Shown piece by piece: positions 38,204-49,681 of a stretch of DNA of 64,000 nucleotides (the stretch's first letter is position 1; the number at the start of each line of letters is the position of its first letter). A model generated the notes under the pieces. That model saw nothing but the letters and a program-made list of their open reading frames with translations, ran no database searches and was not told the origin of the DNA. The stretch lies in contig CAKPKR010000003.1 of the NCBI GenBank assembly GCA_934167465.1, positions 2,992 to 66,991 of the forward strand, given 5' to 3'. The DNA is from an uncultured Bacilli bacterium (GTDB taxonomy: Bacteria > Bacillota_I > Bacilli_A > RF39 > UBA660). Position numbers and translations under genes: made by a program.

Positions 38204-39573
38204 TGGGAAAATTAACAATGGATAAATTAGTAAATATTTGTAAACAATATGGTTTTATATTCCAAGGGAGTGAAATTTATGGTGGTTTAGCAAATACCTG
38301 GGATTATGGTCCACTTGGTGCGGAACTAAAAAGTAATATTAAAAAAGCATGGTTAAAGAAATTTATTCAAGAAGATCCAAATAATGTAGGACTAGATAGT
38401 GCGATATTAATGAATCCTAAAACATGGGAAGCAAGTGGTCATATAAGTACTTTTTCAGATCCTTTAATTGATTGTAAAAATTGTAAAACAAGACACAGAG
38501 CTGATAAGTTAGTAGAAGATACTGGCATTGAAGCAGGTTCAATGAATGATGAAGAATTAATGAAATATATTTATGAACATAATATTGTATGTCCAAATTG
38601 TGGTAAATTAGATTATACAGATATTAGAAAATTTAATTTAATGTTTAAAACTTTTCAAGGGGTTACTGAAGATTCAAAAAGTACAATTTATTTAAGACCA
38701 GAAACAGCTCAAGGTATATTTGCTGATTTCTTAAATGTTCAAAGAAGTATGCGTTTAAAAGTACCTTTTGGAATTGGTCAAGCAGGTAAAAGTTTTAGGA
38801 ATGAAATAACTCCAGGTAACTTTATTTTTAGAGTAAGAGAGTTTGAACAAATGGAACTAGAATTTTTCTGTAAACCAGGTACGGAATTAGAATGGTTTAA
38901 ATATTATAAAGATTATTGTAAAAATTTCTTATTATCTTTAGGAATTAAAGAAGAAAATTTAAGACTAAGAGACCATTCAAAAGAAGAATTATGTTTCTAT
39001 AGTAATGCAACAACAGATATTGAATACAAATTTCCGTTTGGTTGGGGAGAACTTTGGGGAATAGCAAGTAGAACTGATTATGATTTAAAACAACATCAAA
39101 AGTTTTCAGGAGTTTCAATGGAATATTTAGATCCTGAAACAAATGAAAAATATATCCCTTATGTAATTGAACCTAGCTTAGGAGTGGAAAGAACAGTATT
39201 AACAGTATTGTCAAATGCTTATGAGGTTGAAGAATTAGAAAATGGTGAGGAAAGAGAAGTAATGAAATTTCATCCATTTTTAGCACCTTATAAGGTGGCA
39301 GTATTACCACTAATTAAAAAATATCATACTGATAAAGCTATGAATGTTTATAAAAATTTGAGTAAGCATTTTATGGTTTCATATGATGAATCAGGTAATA
39401 TTGGTAAAAGATACAGAAGACAAGATATTATGGGAACGCCATATGTTATAACTATTGATGATGAAACTTTAAATAATAATACAGTAACAATTAGAAATAG
39501 AGATACAATGAAACAAATCACTATATCATTAGATGATGTAGTTGACTATATAACAAAGAAAACAGAATTTTAA
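38203..39573 (+). CDS. glyQS: glycine--tRNA ligase (single-chain GlyQS type)
   Basis: Class II motifs are present, with Zn-binding [11 protein letters not shown]...CPNCG. The protein is 456 aa. Confidence 0.95.
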   Translation: MGKLTMDKLVNICKQYGFIFQGSEIYGGLANTWDYGPLGAELKSNIKKAWLKKFIQEDPNNVGLDSAILMNPKTWEASGHISTFSDPLIDCKNCKTRHRADKLVEDTGIEAGSMNDEELMKYIYEHNIVCPNCGKLDYTDIRKFNLMFKTFQGVTEDSKSTIYLRPETAQGIFADFLNVQRSMRLKVPFGIGQAGKSFRNEITPGNFIFRVREFEQMELEFFCKPGTELEWFKYYKDYCKNFLLSLGIKEENLRLRDHSKEELCFYSNATTDIEYKFPFGWGELWGIASRTDYDLKQHQKFSGVSMEYLDPETNEKYIPYVIEPSLGVERTVLTVLSNAYEVEELENGEEREVMKFHPFLAPYKVAVLPLIKKYHTDKAMNVYKNLSKHFMVSYDESGNIGKRYRRQDIMGTPYVITIDDETLNNNTVTIRNRDTMKQITISLDDVVDYITKKTEF

Positions 39574-39591
39574 AAATTCTGTTTTTTTTTC
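39560..39591 (+). terminator. rho-independent terminator after glyQS
   Basis: ACAGAATTTTaaAAATTCTGT is followed by T9. Confidence 0.55.
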
Positions 39592-39666
39592 TAAAAATCG
39601 TTTGCTTTTATAAATATATGTGGTAAAATTATTTATAGAGTTAGAGTATCGCTAGGAGGAAAAAAA

Positions 39667-40077
39667 GTGGGAATATTAAAGAAAATTTTATCGAATGATG
39701 AAGATATATTAACTGATAACATATCAGGTGACGAGTACTATGATTTAAAACCAGAAGAAGCATTAAAGGAAAATGATGGTAGTACTAAAATGATACTATT
39801 AGAACCACGTGCTTATTCTGAGGCACAACAAATTGCCGATCATTTAAAAATGAGAAATACAGTTGTTGTTAATTTAAAAAGAGTAACAAGTGATCAAGCA
39901 AAAAGAATAATAGATTTTTTAGCAGGAACTATCTATGCTATAAGTGGTGATTTACAAAAAATCGGTGGTGGAATATTCTTATGTACACCAAATAACATAA
40001 ACATTCAGGGGAAAATAACTGAGGAAACTCAAGGAAAAGACATTCATGATAATGATGATATCAATATTGAATGGTAA
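39667..40077 (+). CDS. sepF: cell division protein SepF
   Basis: The protein has a GTG start. [32 protein letters not shown] matches the SepF core. Confidence 0.8.
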   Translation: MGILKKILSNDEDILTDNISGDEYYDLKPEEALKENDGSTKMILLEPRAYSEAQQIADHLKMRNTVVVNLKRVTSDQAKRIIDFLAGTIYAISGDLQKIGGGIFLCTPNNINIQGKITEETQGKDIHDNDDINIEW

Positions 40078-40115
40078 AAAAATACGCTATTAAATAGCTT
40101 TATGAGGTGAATGGT

Positions 40116-40574
40116 ATGGAAAAATTTAGCCGTACAATGAGAGGATACGATCCAGAGGAAGTTAATAACTTTTTGGATAAAGTAATTAACCAAGTTGAAA
40201 CAATGGTTAATGAAATGAATGAAAAAGATAAAAAAATTAAAGAATTACAATCTTTTGAAATTGAAAATAAGGCTTTAAAAGAAAAACTTCTTCAATATGA
40301 ACGTATGGAAGGAACACTTAATAAAGCAATAATAATGGCTGAAAAAACAAGTGAGCAAATTAAAGTTAATGCTCATAATGAAGCTGAAACTATTTTAGAA
40401 GATGCCAAAAGAAACGCTAACAGAATTGTTAATGAAGCATTACTTAGAGCCGAAAAAGCTGAAAATGAAGCAAATTTATTAAGAAGAAATACTACTATAT
40501 TTAAAAAAAGAGTAAAAGAAATAGTTGATGCTCAATCTGAAATGGTAGATGAATTAGATAAAATAGAATTATAA
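40116..40574 (+). CDS. divIVA: DivIVA-domain protein
   Basis: FSRTMRGYDPEEVNNFLDKV is the DivIVA N-terminal motif. A coiled coil is present. Confidence 0.75.
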   Translation: MEKFSRTMRGYDPEEVNNFLDKVINQVETMVNEMNEKDKKIKELQSFEIENKALKEKLLQYERMEGTLNKAIIMAEKTSEQIKVNAHNEAETILEDAKRNANRIVNEALLRAEKAENEANLLRRNTTIFKKRVKEIVDAQSEMVDELDKIEL

Positions 40575-40775
40575 TTCTATTTTTTTTTATATATTAGGAA
40601 AGTGCTTCCAAATTTTAAAAAAAAATATATGTTCTATTAAAAAAACTTTCTAAATTTTTGTCAGAATTTGTATGTAAAAAAAAAGATGAAAATAATAAAA
40701 AATATAGTAGAATATAAATCGATATATTTAATTGGTGTTAGTGCATTCCTTCTAGAATAAGAAGGTGGTGATTTT

Positions 40776-40853
40776 ATGACAAAAAGAGAAATATCTTTAT
40801 TCTTAATAATAATTCTATTATTTGTTATAATTTTTACTTTATTATATAAATAA
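40776..40853 (+). CDS. 25-aa hydrophobic peptide MTKREISLFLIIILLFVIIFTLLYK (candidate type I toxin)
   Basis: The Shine-Dalgarno sequence AGAAGGTGGTG lies in the hairpin CCTTCT-agaata-AGAAGG. Confidence 0.5.
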   Translation: MTKREISLFLIIILLFVIIFTLLYK

Positions 40854-40967
40854 AAAAATTGCACTATCACAGGGGGGATAGTGCATTCGCAAAACAAATT
40901 AGGAATGTATCTAACTCTTTAGACAATTAGATATATCCTTTTTTATTGTATGAGCAATAACTCATCT
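40854..40967 (-). ncRNA. predicted antisense sRNA (candidate antitoxin)
   Basis: The minus-strand promoter has TTGAAA at 41002-40997, a 17-nt spacer and TACTAT at 40979-40974. It terminates at the hairpin GCACTATC-acaggggg-GATAGTGC at 40861-40884. Confidence 0.4.
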
Positions 40968-41053
40968 GTATACATAGTAACATTTTAAAAATATTTTTTC
41001 AATAATATTATAAAATAAATTGCAAAATTTTAAAACGCGAACAAAATTTCTGC

Positions 41054-41083
41054 TTGACTTTTACGTCTGGGGGGGGGTATGAT
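41054..41083 (+). promoter_or_regulatory. poly-G promoter of A4: TTGACT, spacer with G9 at 41069-41077, TATGAT
   Basis: The spacer is 18 nt. The conserved upstream box is ACGCGAACAAAATTTCTGC. Confidence 0.7.
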
Positions 41084-41107
41084 AGTATTGGAAAGTAGGA
41101 ATTTATA

Positions 41108-41992
41108 ATGAAAAAAATAATGAAAAGCAGAATATTTTTAGTAATAATTACAATGATTATATGTATAAGTGGAACTTTATATGCAGCGGTCACATATAAA
41201 GCAACAGATGTAGTATATAATGCCAATGATGGAACAAGTAAAAATGTAAGTGAGGCTTTAAATGAATTGTATGAAAATTGTTCTATTACAAAAATATATC
41301 CAAAAGTAACAATAACTACAGAAGCAGATACTGTTATAGGCCAGACAGTAATTGCAACATTAATCAAAGATAAAGATGGAAATTCTCCTAAAGAAGAATA
41401 TGTAGTGAAGGGTACATTAACTAATAGTACAACTTTAGTGTTAAAAAAAATAGGAACTTATAAAATTACAGCAAGTTCTTCTGATGGATTAGAAAATTAT
41501 AGCGATGAAATAACTGTTCAATACGATAATGTATATAATATTAATTATACTGTAAAAAAATATCTTTTTAATAATAGTGATGTAACTGCAGTAACTGGAG
41601 GTTGGGGAGTGATGTGGGAGGCATCTGGTGGTACACCTGGAGCTTCAACGTCTGGTGGTACTGTTAATTCGACATTGTATTTAACTTCTGGATCATCGGG
41701 TAAAAAAGATATGTATGCGAAAAATTCAATTGATTTAACAGGATGGAAAAGAATTGTTATAGTATGTACATATTATAATAATTTAAATAATGGATGGGCA
41801 GGACTTCATTTATATCAACCTGGAGGTTATTGGAGTAAAGATGCTAAATTAGTTGTTGGAGATTTAGGAGCTTTTTCAGTTGGAACATTTACTTATGATA
41901 TTTCTAGTTCTAAATACCAAAAAGAAGTTAGATTTGCATTATTAGCGGCTAGAGTTGAATGGAAAATATCTAAAATATATTTAGAAAAATAA
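41108..41992 (+). CDS. variable secreted protein family member A4 (294 aa)
   Basis: The family N-terminus is followed by a long unique C-terminal region. Confidence 0.65.
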   Translation: MKKIMKSRIFLVIITMIICISGTLYAAVTYKATDVVYNANDGTSKNVSEALNELYENCSITKIYPKVTITTEADTVIGQTVIATLIKDKDGNSPKEEYVVKGTLTNSTTLVLKKIGTYKITASSSDGLENYSDEITVQYDNVYNINYTVKKYLFNNSDVTAVTGGWGVMWEASGGTPGASTSGGTVNSTLYLTSGSSGKKDMYAKNSIDLTGWKRIVIVCTYYNNLNNGWAGLHLYQPGGYWSKDAKLVVGDLGAFSVGTFTYDISSSKYQKEVRFALLAARVEWKISKIYLEK

Positions 41993-42384
41993 ATTTAATA
42001 GTAATTGTTTTTTAGATAAAAGAACCATCAATTTCAAAAATAGCAATTCTATTATAATAACTATGACAAATAAGATCAGAAGAATTACAACAAGGACAAA
42101 AAAATTGGTAATTATTACCATTATCATATAAATTTAATAAATCGTTAAAATTAGTACTGCATTTTTAAGAATTTAATATTATCATAACAATGTCGAAAGA
42201 CAAAGGAAGAAAAAGAAGACAAAACAAAAATCGTGGTGTAGTCTTCTTTTTTTATTGTTTTAAGACTCTTTCTGATAAATTTGCACATTATTTTATACTA
42301 TTTAATAAACTTTTACAAAATAATTTGCGAAAACATTGTATATATTAATTCGACAAAATTTACAAATACGAACAAAATTTCTGC

Positions 42385-42414
42385 TTGATTTTTACGCCTG
42401 GGGGGGGGTATAAT
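42385..42414 (+). promoter_or_regulatory. poly-G promoter of A5: TTGATT, spacer with G9 at 42400-42408, TATAAT
   Basis: The spacer is 18 nt. It has the same upstream box as A4 and A7. Confidence 0.7.
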
Positions 42415-42437
42415 CTAAGTAGGATAGGTGTTTATAG

Positions 42438-42926
42438 ATGAAAAAAATAATAAAAAGCAGAATATTTTTAGTAATAATTACAATGATTATATGTATAAGT
42501 GGAACATTATATGCCGCATCAACATACAAAGCAAGTGATGTAGTATATAACGCAAGTGATGGTACATCAACCAATGTTGAAAGTGCTTTAAATGATTTAT
42601 ATAATAAAACAAAAGAATATAGTAATAATTTTTTTCCATTTAATGTAAATTATGTATATAATAATTATATTGGTTCAACAAATAAAATAACATTTACTAC
42701 TACAATAGAAACAGGAAATATAGATATAACAAAATATAAAATAGTTGGTGGAACAACAAGAGTAGAACCATGGCTAAATACTCAAGGAAAATATATTGAT
42801 ACAACAAGTTCAATAATTAGTTGCAAAGAAGGTATTACGACTATAGAAATAACAGTAACAATTGATGCGGCATCTAGTCTAGCAGGACCCGTTAACTATA
42901 GCGGTGCAATATATAGAATTGAATAA
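42438..42926 (+). CDS. variable secreted protein family member A5 (162 aa)
   Basis: The family N-terminus is present. Confidence 0.65.
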   Translation: MKKIIKSRIFLVIITMIICISGTLYAASTYKASDVVYNASDGTSTNVESALNDLYNKTKEYSNNFFPFNVNYVYNNYIGSTNKITFTTTIETGNIDITKYKIVGGTTRVEPWLNTQGKYIDTTSSIISCKEGITTIEITVTIDAASSLAGPVNYSGAIYRIE

Positions 42927-42976
42927 ATTATAATTTTGTTCTTGCAATAGCATAAAATATATTATATAATTGTTTT

Positions 42977-43190
42977 TAGAAAGCAAGTGCGAAAGACGAG
43001 ATTTATTTAATTATTTAAAAAGAGAGTTCCTGTTTGGTGAAAAGGAATAAATAAACTTAAATCTAGATCACTTTCAAGTTGTGTTTTATGGATAAGATAA
43101 AAACGGTAACGCGTTATAGTTTTGAGTATAAATTAAGGTGGTACCACGTAAATCACGTCCTTATAATTAGGATGTGTTTTTTTAAATTTT
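42977..43190 (+). promoter_or_regulatory. T-box riboswitch leader (Ile) of ileS
   Basis: A TTGCAA-17-TATAAT promoter is at 42942-42970. A stem I AGAGAG element is present. The T-box AATTAAGGTGGTACCACG is at 43131-43148. A terminator is followed by T7. Confidence 0.7.
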
Positions 43191-43205
43191 AAAGAGGTGA
43201 AAAAA

Positions 43206-46200
43206 ATGAAAAAATTTGGAGAATTAGAAAAAGGTAAAGTTAGTGAAAATGAATTAAAAATATTAGAACAATTCAAAAAAAATGACACATTTAATAAATC
43301 AATTGAAAATAGAAAAGAAAGTGAAAATTTTGTATTTTATGATGGTCCAGCAACAGCAAATGGGATGCCTGGAATCCATCATATGTTAGCAAAACTTTTA
43401 AAAGACACAGTATGTAAATACAAAACAATGCAAGGATATAGAGTACTTAGAAAAATTGGCTGGGATACTCATGGATTACCAGTAGAAGTACAAGTAGAAA
43501 AAGAACTTGGATTTGAAGGAAAAACAGACATTGAAAAATATGGAATAAAAGAATTCAATCAAAAATGTCGTGAATCTGTTTGGAAAAATGAAGCAGCCTT
43601 CAAAGATTTTACAGAAAAAATGGGACAATTTATTGACTTGGAACATCCTTATATAACATATGATAATAATTATATTGAAACAGAATGGTGGATATTAAAA
43701 GAATTCTTTAATAAAGGATTAATTTATGATGGACTTAAAATATTACCATATTGTCCTAGATGTGGAACAGGATTGGCATCACATGAAGTAGCACAAGGCT
43801 ATAAAGAAATATCAGTAAATACAGTAACAGTTCCTTTTAAATTAAAAGATGAAGATACTTACCTTTTAGTATGGACAACAACACCTTGGACGTTGTTAGC
43901 AAACGTTGCAGCTTGTGTAAATCCAAATGAAGAATATGTAAAATGTAATTCAAAGGGTTATAATTTTATAGTAGCTAAAAAGCTAGCAAACAAAGTACTT
44001 GGTGACGAATACGAAATAGTAGAAACATATAAAGGAAAAGACTTAGAATATAAAGAATATGAACAATTACTTCCAATCTTAAAAGTAAATAAGAAAGCGT
44101 TTTATATAACATGTGCCGACTATGTAACTATGGAAGATGGTACAGGTATTGTTCATATTGCCCCAGCTTTTGGTCAAGATGACTATGAAGTAGGTTTAAA
44201 ATATGATTTACCAGTCTTAAACCCAGTGGACGAACAAGGAAAATATACAAGTGGACCTTGGGAAGGAAGATTTGTATTAGATACTGATTTAGAAATAGAA
44301 ATAATTAAATATTTAGCTTCAAATGACAAACTATTTAAAAAACAAAAAATGGAACATAATTATCCACATTGTTGGAGATGTGGAACACCACTTCTATATT
44401 ATTCAAAACCAAGTTTATATATAAAAGTAACAGATTTTAAAGATAAAATAATTGAAGCTAATAAAAAAGTAAATTGGTATCCAGATTATGTTGGAGAAAA
44501 AAGATTTGGAAATTGGCTTGAAAATATGAATGATTGGGCTATTTCAAGAAATAGATATTGGGGAACACCAATTCCATTATGGAGATGTTCTTGTGGACAT
44601 AATCATATGGTTGGTTCAAGAAAAGAATTAGCAGAATTAGCAATTGAAGATATAACAGAAGAAATAGAATTACATCGACCATATGTAGATGACATTCATA
44701 TCAAATGTAGTGAATGTGGCAAACCAATGACTAGGGTAACAGATGTAATGGATTGTTGGTTTGATTCTGGTTCAATGCCATTTGCTCAATACCATTATCC
44801 ATTTGAAAATAAAGAATTATTTGAATCACAATTCCCAGCTGATTTCATTTGTGAAGGTATTGATCAAACAAGAGGTTGGTTTTATTCATTAATTGTAATA
44901 TCAACTTTTCTAAAAGGATGTGCTCCATATAAAAATGTCTTAGTAAATGATTTAGTATTGGATAAATTTGGTGGTAAAATGCATAAATCAAAAGGTAATT
45001 CAGTATCACCGTTTGCTACAATTGAAAACTATGGTGCTGATGCTACTCGTTGGTATATGTTATCAGCTTCACCAGTATGGACACCACTTAAATTTGATGA
45101 AGATGGAATAAAAGAAGTAATTTCTAAATTTTTCAACACTTTAAAAAATACTTATACTTTCTTTAGTATGTATGCTAATACCGATGAAGTAGATCCAAGA
45201 ACATTTAAAGTTGAATATAATGATTTAGAAGAAATAGATAAATGGTTAATTTCAAAATATAATAAATTAGTTAAAAATGTAACTAATAGTATGGAAGAAT
45301 ATGATTTGAATAAATCAGTTAAATTAATAAGTAATTTTGTTAGTGAAGACTTATCAAATTGGTATATCAGAAGAAACAGAAGAAGATTTTGGTCTAGTGA
45401 GTTAGATACTAGTAAAAAAGCTGTATATCAAACAACATATGAAATATTAATGGGAGTGTGTAAACTAATGGCTCCTATGGCTCCATTTATATCAGAAGAA
45501 ATTTATAACAAATTAACAGATAAATCAGTTCATTTAGCTGATTATCCAAAATGTGATGATTCAAAAATAAATGAATTAATTGAATCTAGAATGGACTTAA
45601 TAAGAGATTTAATTTCTTTAGGTAGAAATGTTAGAGAAGAAACAAAGATAAAAGTTAGACAACCAATTAGTGAAGTACTAATAGATGCTAAAAACGAGGA
45701 ATTAATAAGTGACTTAGTAACTTTAATTGAAGAAGAATTAAATGTTAAAAAGGTTACATTTATTAAAGATGTAAGCAATTATATGGAATTCATGGTTAAA
45801 CCAAACTTTAAAGTGGCTGGACCTATATTTGGACCTAATATAAAAGAATATAGTAGTAAATTAAATGAGCTAAGTATGGATGAAATTGCTAAATTACAAA
45901 ATGGTGAAACTATTAAATTAGATGTTAATAATAATAGTTATGATATAAATAGTGAATTAGTTGATATTAGAGTATCCTCTAAAGAAGGATTTAACGTTGC
46001 TACACTAAATGATAATTTTATTATTCTAGATACAAATTTAACAAAAGACTTAATTTTAGAAGGTATAGCAAGAGAAATGATTTCTAAAGTTCAAAATATC
46101 AGAAAAGAAAATGATTATAATATAATTGATAGAATTAATTTATATTATAAAGGTGATGAAGAAGTAGATGAAGCTGTTAATAAATTTGATGAATTTATTA

Positions 46201-46301
46201 AGAAAGAAACTTTAGCAATCAATATATCAGTAAAAGAAGGTATTAATAATTCATATGATTTAAATGGTCATGAAGTATTTATAGAAACAGAAAAGAGATA
46301 A
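43206..46301 (+). CDS. ileS: isoleucine--tRNA ligase (long, about 1030-aa form)
   Basis: The HIGH-like motif PGIHHM, the KMSKS motif KMHKS, the editing domain and C-terminal Zn-binding Cys pairs are present. Confidence 0.95.
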   Translation: MKKFGELEKGKVSENELKILEQFKKNDTFNKSIENRKESENFVFYDGPATANGMPGIHHMLAKLLKDTVCKYKTMQGYRVLRKIGWDTHGLPVEVQVEKELGFEGKTDIEKYGIKEFNQKCRESVWKNEAAFKDFTEKMGQFIDLEHPYITYDNNYIETEWWILKEFFNKGLIYDGLKILPYCPRCGTGLASHEVAQGYKEISVNTVTVPFKLKDEDTYLLVWTTTPWTLLANVAACVNPNEEYVKCNSKGYNFIVAKKLANKVLGDEYEIVETYKGKDLEYKEYEQLLPILKVNKKAFYITCADYVTMEDGTGIVHIAPAFGQDDYEVGLKYDLPVLNPVDEQGKYTSGPWEGRFVLDTDLEIEIIKYLASNDKLFKKQKMEHNYPHCWRCGTPLLYYSKPSLYIKVTDFKDKIIEANKKVNWYPDYVGEKRFGNWLENMNDWAISRNRYWGTPIPLWRCSCGHNHMVGSRKELAELAIEDITEEIELHRPYVDDIHIKCSECGKPMTRVTDVMDCWFDSGSMPFAQYHYPFENKELFESQFPADFICEGIDQTRGWFYSLIVISTFLKGCAPYKNVLVNDLVLDKFGGKMHKSKGNSVSPFATIENYGADATRWYMLSASPVWTPLKFDEDGIKEVISKFFNTLKNTYTFFSMYANTDEVDPRTFKVEYNDLEEIDKWLISKYNKLVKNVTNSMEEYDLNKSVKLISNFVSEDLSNWYIRRNRRRFWSSELDTSKKAVYQTTYEILMGVCKLMAPMAPFISEEIYNKLTDKSVHLADYPKCDDSKINELIESRMDLIRDLISLGRNVREETKIKVRQPISEVLIDAKNEELISDLVTLIEEELNVKKVTFIKDVSNYMEFMVKPNFKVAGPIFGPNIKEYSSKLNELSMDEIAKLQNGETIKLDVNNNSYDINSELVDIRVSSKEGFNVATLNDNFIILDTNLTKDLILEGIAREMISKVQNIRKENDYNIIDRINLYYKGDEEVDEAVNKFDEFIKKETLAINISVKEGINNSYDLNGHEVFIETEKR

Positions 46302-46318
46302 AATTTATCTCTTTTTTT
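46290..46318. terminator. bidirectional terminator
   Basis: AGAGATAAaatTTATCTCT is followed by T7. Confidence 0.5.
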
Positions 46319-46880
46319 CTAAATTATTAAATAGTTCAGGATTTTTATAATACAATTCTAATATTTTATTAATAATCAAAGTTGGATATTTACATTCATA
46401 AAAACTACATAATTCTTTAATATTAAAAGAATCTATATCTAATATATAATTTTTATCTATTTTAGAAATTTGTTTCTTTCTTTCAATTTCACTTTTTAAT
46501 TCAAGAATACTATCTTTACTTATATTACAAGTAATTAAACTATTAATAAAATTTTCATTTTCAGGAAAAATAAAATTGTTTATAAAAATTTGCTTTTGAA
46601 GTGATGAATTAAATGATAATTTTCTTCTATGACTTGTAGATGGTAGTGAATTCATATCACTCATGAAAGAAGTTGTTCTACTAGAAAAAGTTTTATATGA
46701 ATTAATTAATTCTAAACTTTTTTTATATAAAAATAGTGACTTATCGTATTTTATATTACCACAAATTTGTCTTTCTTTTAAAGAACAATATATTATTAAT
46801 TCATATTTTTTATCATCAATGTTATTTGTTTTAAAACTATCATCATTGTACGAAAATACATTTTTAATATTTATTTGCAT
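46305..46880 (-). CDS. hypothetical protein
   Basis: The ORF is convergent with ileS. I found no recognisable motif. Confidence 0.35.
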   Translation of the reverse strand: MQINIKNVFSYNDDSFKTNNIDDKKYELIIYCSLKERQICGNIKYDKSLFLYKKSLELINSYKTFSSRTTSFMSDMNSLPSTSHRRKLSFNSSLQKQIFINNFIFPENENFINSLITCNISKDSILELKSEIERKKQISKIDKNYILDIDSFNIKELCSFYECKYPTLIINKILELYYKNPELFNNLEKKR

Positions 46881-46966
46881 TATAAATCACCTATAAAGAT
46901 TATATAATAGTTTTTATTCGATTGCAATTAAATTACAATTAATGTATAATCTTTAAAGGGAAGTGA

Positions 46967-48094
<1,128 letters not shown>

Positions 48095-48111
48095 TTACTA
48101 TGGAGGTTTAA

Positions 48112-48318
48112 ATGAAAGATTTAGAATATCAAGAAGTATTTAAAAAAACAGTGTTAAAGGAAGATATAGAACATGTAATTAAAGCTGTAAAAGAGGTACA
48201 TAATGAATATTCTGGATGGGAAATTGGCGAACCTATGATAATCCCTATTGATGAAAAAAGTGTTCAAATTCAAATACCATTAAAAAAATATTCAAAGGAA
48301 AGAACTAGATGTTTCTAG
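48112..48318 (+). CDS. small hypothetical protein
   Basis: The ORF has a Shine-Dalgarno sequence, GGAGG. Confidence 0.35.
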   Translation: MKDLEYQEVFKKTVLKEDIEHVIKAVKEVHNEYSGWEIGEPMIIPIDEKSVQIQIPLKKYSKERTRCF

Positions 48319-48677
48319 TTCTTTTTGTTTATACCTATCATACTTCCTAGAATAGTTGAAGTAATTAAAATTATGTAATAAAAAACTAATTTCAAATCAA
48401 ATTTTTGTTGTAATACTAGTAAATCAAAAATTATTAAAATAAAGGAAATTATTAAACCAAATTTTAATCCTTCTAACCATCCTTTTTTTGAACTTTTTTT
48501 GCCTATCAATAATCCACCAATAAAATAAGTAATTATGATAATTAAAATCTTAAAGATTGATAATGTCCCTTTACTAAAAATATCAAAATAATTTAGAGTT
48601 GTTAAAATTAAACTAGATATAAAAATAATACCCAACATAATTAGAAAAATAATACCAATATTTTTTAAATATTTCAT
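48315..48677 (-). CDS. hypothetical membrane protein
   Basis: The ORF has four transmembrane segments. Confidence 0.35.
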   Translation of the reverse strand: MKYLKNIGIIFLIMLGIIFISSLILTTLNYFDIFSKGTLSIFKILIIIITYFIGGLLIGKKSSKKGWLEGLKFGLIISFILIIFDLLVLQQKFDLKLVFYYIILITSTILGSMIGINKKN

Positions 48678-48740
48678 AAAATCACCTAATAAATAATATG
48701 AAATGTATAAATAATTATTCTTTTAACATAATGATAACAG

Positions 48741-49379
48741 GTGATATTTATGTATATAGCATTGGCTTTAAAAACTGCAATTCTTTATTTTTTTATTGTT
48801 TTGGCATACCGAATTATGGGTAAAAAAGAAGTAGGAGAATTAAGTATAATAGATTTAATTGTTACTATTTTAATAGCTGAATTAGCAGCTATTTGTATTG
48901 AAAAAGATAAATCTTCTATAATGGTTTCAATAGTTCCAATTACTATTTTAGTTATAATTCAAGTTGGTATAAGTTTTATTTCATTAAAAAATGAAAGTAT
49001 TAGAAATTTTATTGATGGAAAACCAAGTGTGATTATTAAAGATGGTGTTGTTAATTTTAGTGTAATGACAAAATTAAGATATAGTTTAGATGATTTACTT
49101 TCGCAATTAAGAGAAAAAGGAGTTAAAAATATAGATGAAGTTGATTATGCTATATTAGAAAATAGTGGTAATTTATCAATTTTCAAAAATACAAAAGATT
49201 ATCCGTTACCATTAATTTTGGATGGTAAAGTAGATTATGGTGTTTTAAAGGAAATAAAGAAAGATGAGAAATGGTTAAATGCTTTGATAAAAGAAAATAA
49301 TATAAACATCGAAAATATTTTTTATGCCTTCTATACCAAAAATAAAACTTATGTTATAAAAAAAGATGAAGTTTTATAA
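48741..49379 (+). CDS. DUF421 (YetF-like) membrane protein
   Basis: YRIMGKKEVGELSIIDLIVTILIAELAA is typical of DUF421. Confidence 0.6.
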   Translation: MIFMYIALALKTAILYFFIVLAYRIMGKKEVGELSIIDLIVTILIAELAAICIEKDKSSIMVSIVPITILVIIQVGISFISLKNESIRNFIDGKPSVIIKDGVVNFSVMTKLRYSLDDLLSQLREKGVKNIDEVDYAILENSGNLSIFKNTKDYPLPLILDGKVDYGVLKEIKKDEKWLNALIKENNINIENIFYAFYTKNKTYVIKKDEVL

Positions 49380-49544
49380 TTTATCATATAATGGAATTAG
49401 TTTGAATTTGAACTTAAAAAAGTTTCTAAAAACGCGATGGATGTATCAGAAATTGAAGTGTTAAACAAATTTTTGGAATAGTTGTAAAAGAAGTATTAAA
49501 ATAAGTAAGACTACATCAGGTACTAATGAAGTTATAGTTTTAAG

Positions 49545-49681
49545 TAGTTTTGACTACTTTTTTCTGTATTGTTTTTTTTATAATGTTTATAATAATAAAA
49601 AGATGTAAATAAGAAAATATTGTCTTGCAATACGTAATACGTTTATTATATAATAAGATAGAAAGGTAGTAGTGAAGTAGT
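49545..49681 (+). promoter_or_regulatory. shared promoter and leader module, copy 3
   Basis: A terminator, AGTAGT-tttg-ACTACT-T6, is followed by TTGCAA at 49625-49630, an 18-nt spacer, TATAAT at 49649-49654, and the 5' UTR identical to the copies at 9024 and 10031. Confidence 0.55.

Larger units (their letters stand above)
40655..41010. repeat. type I toxin-antitoxin-like repeat, copy 3
   Basis: Same unit. It lies between divIVA and the phase-variable gene A4. Confidence 0.7.
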
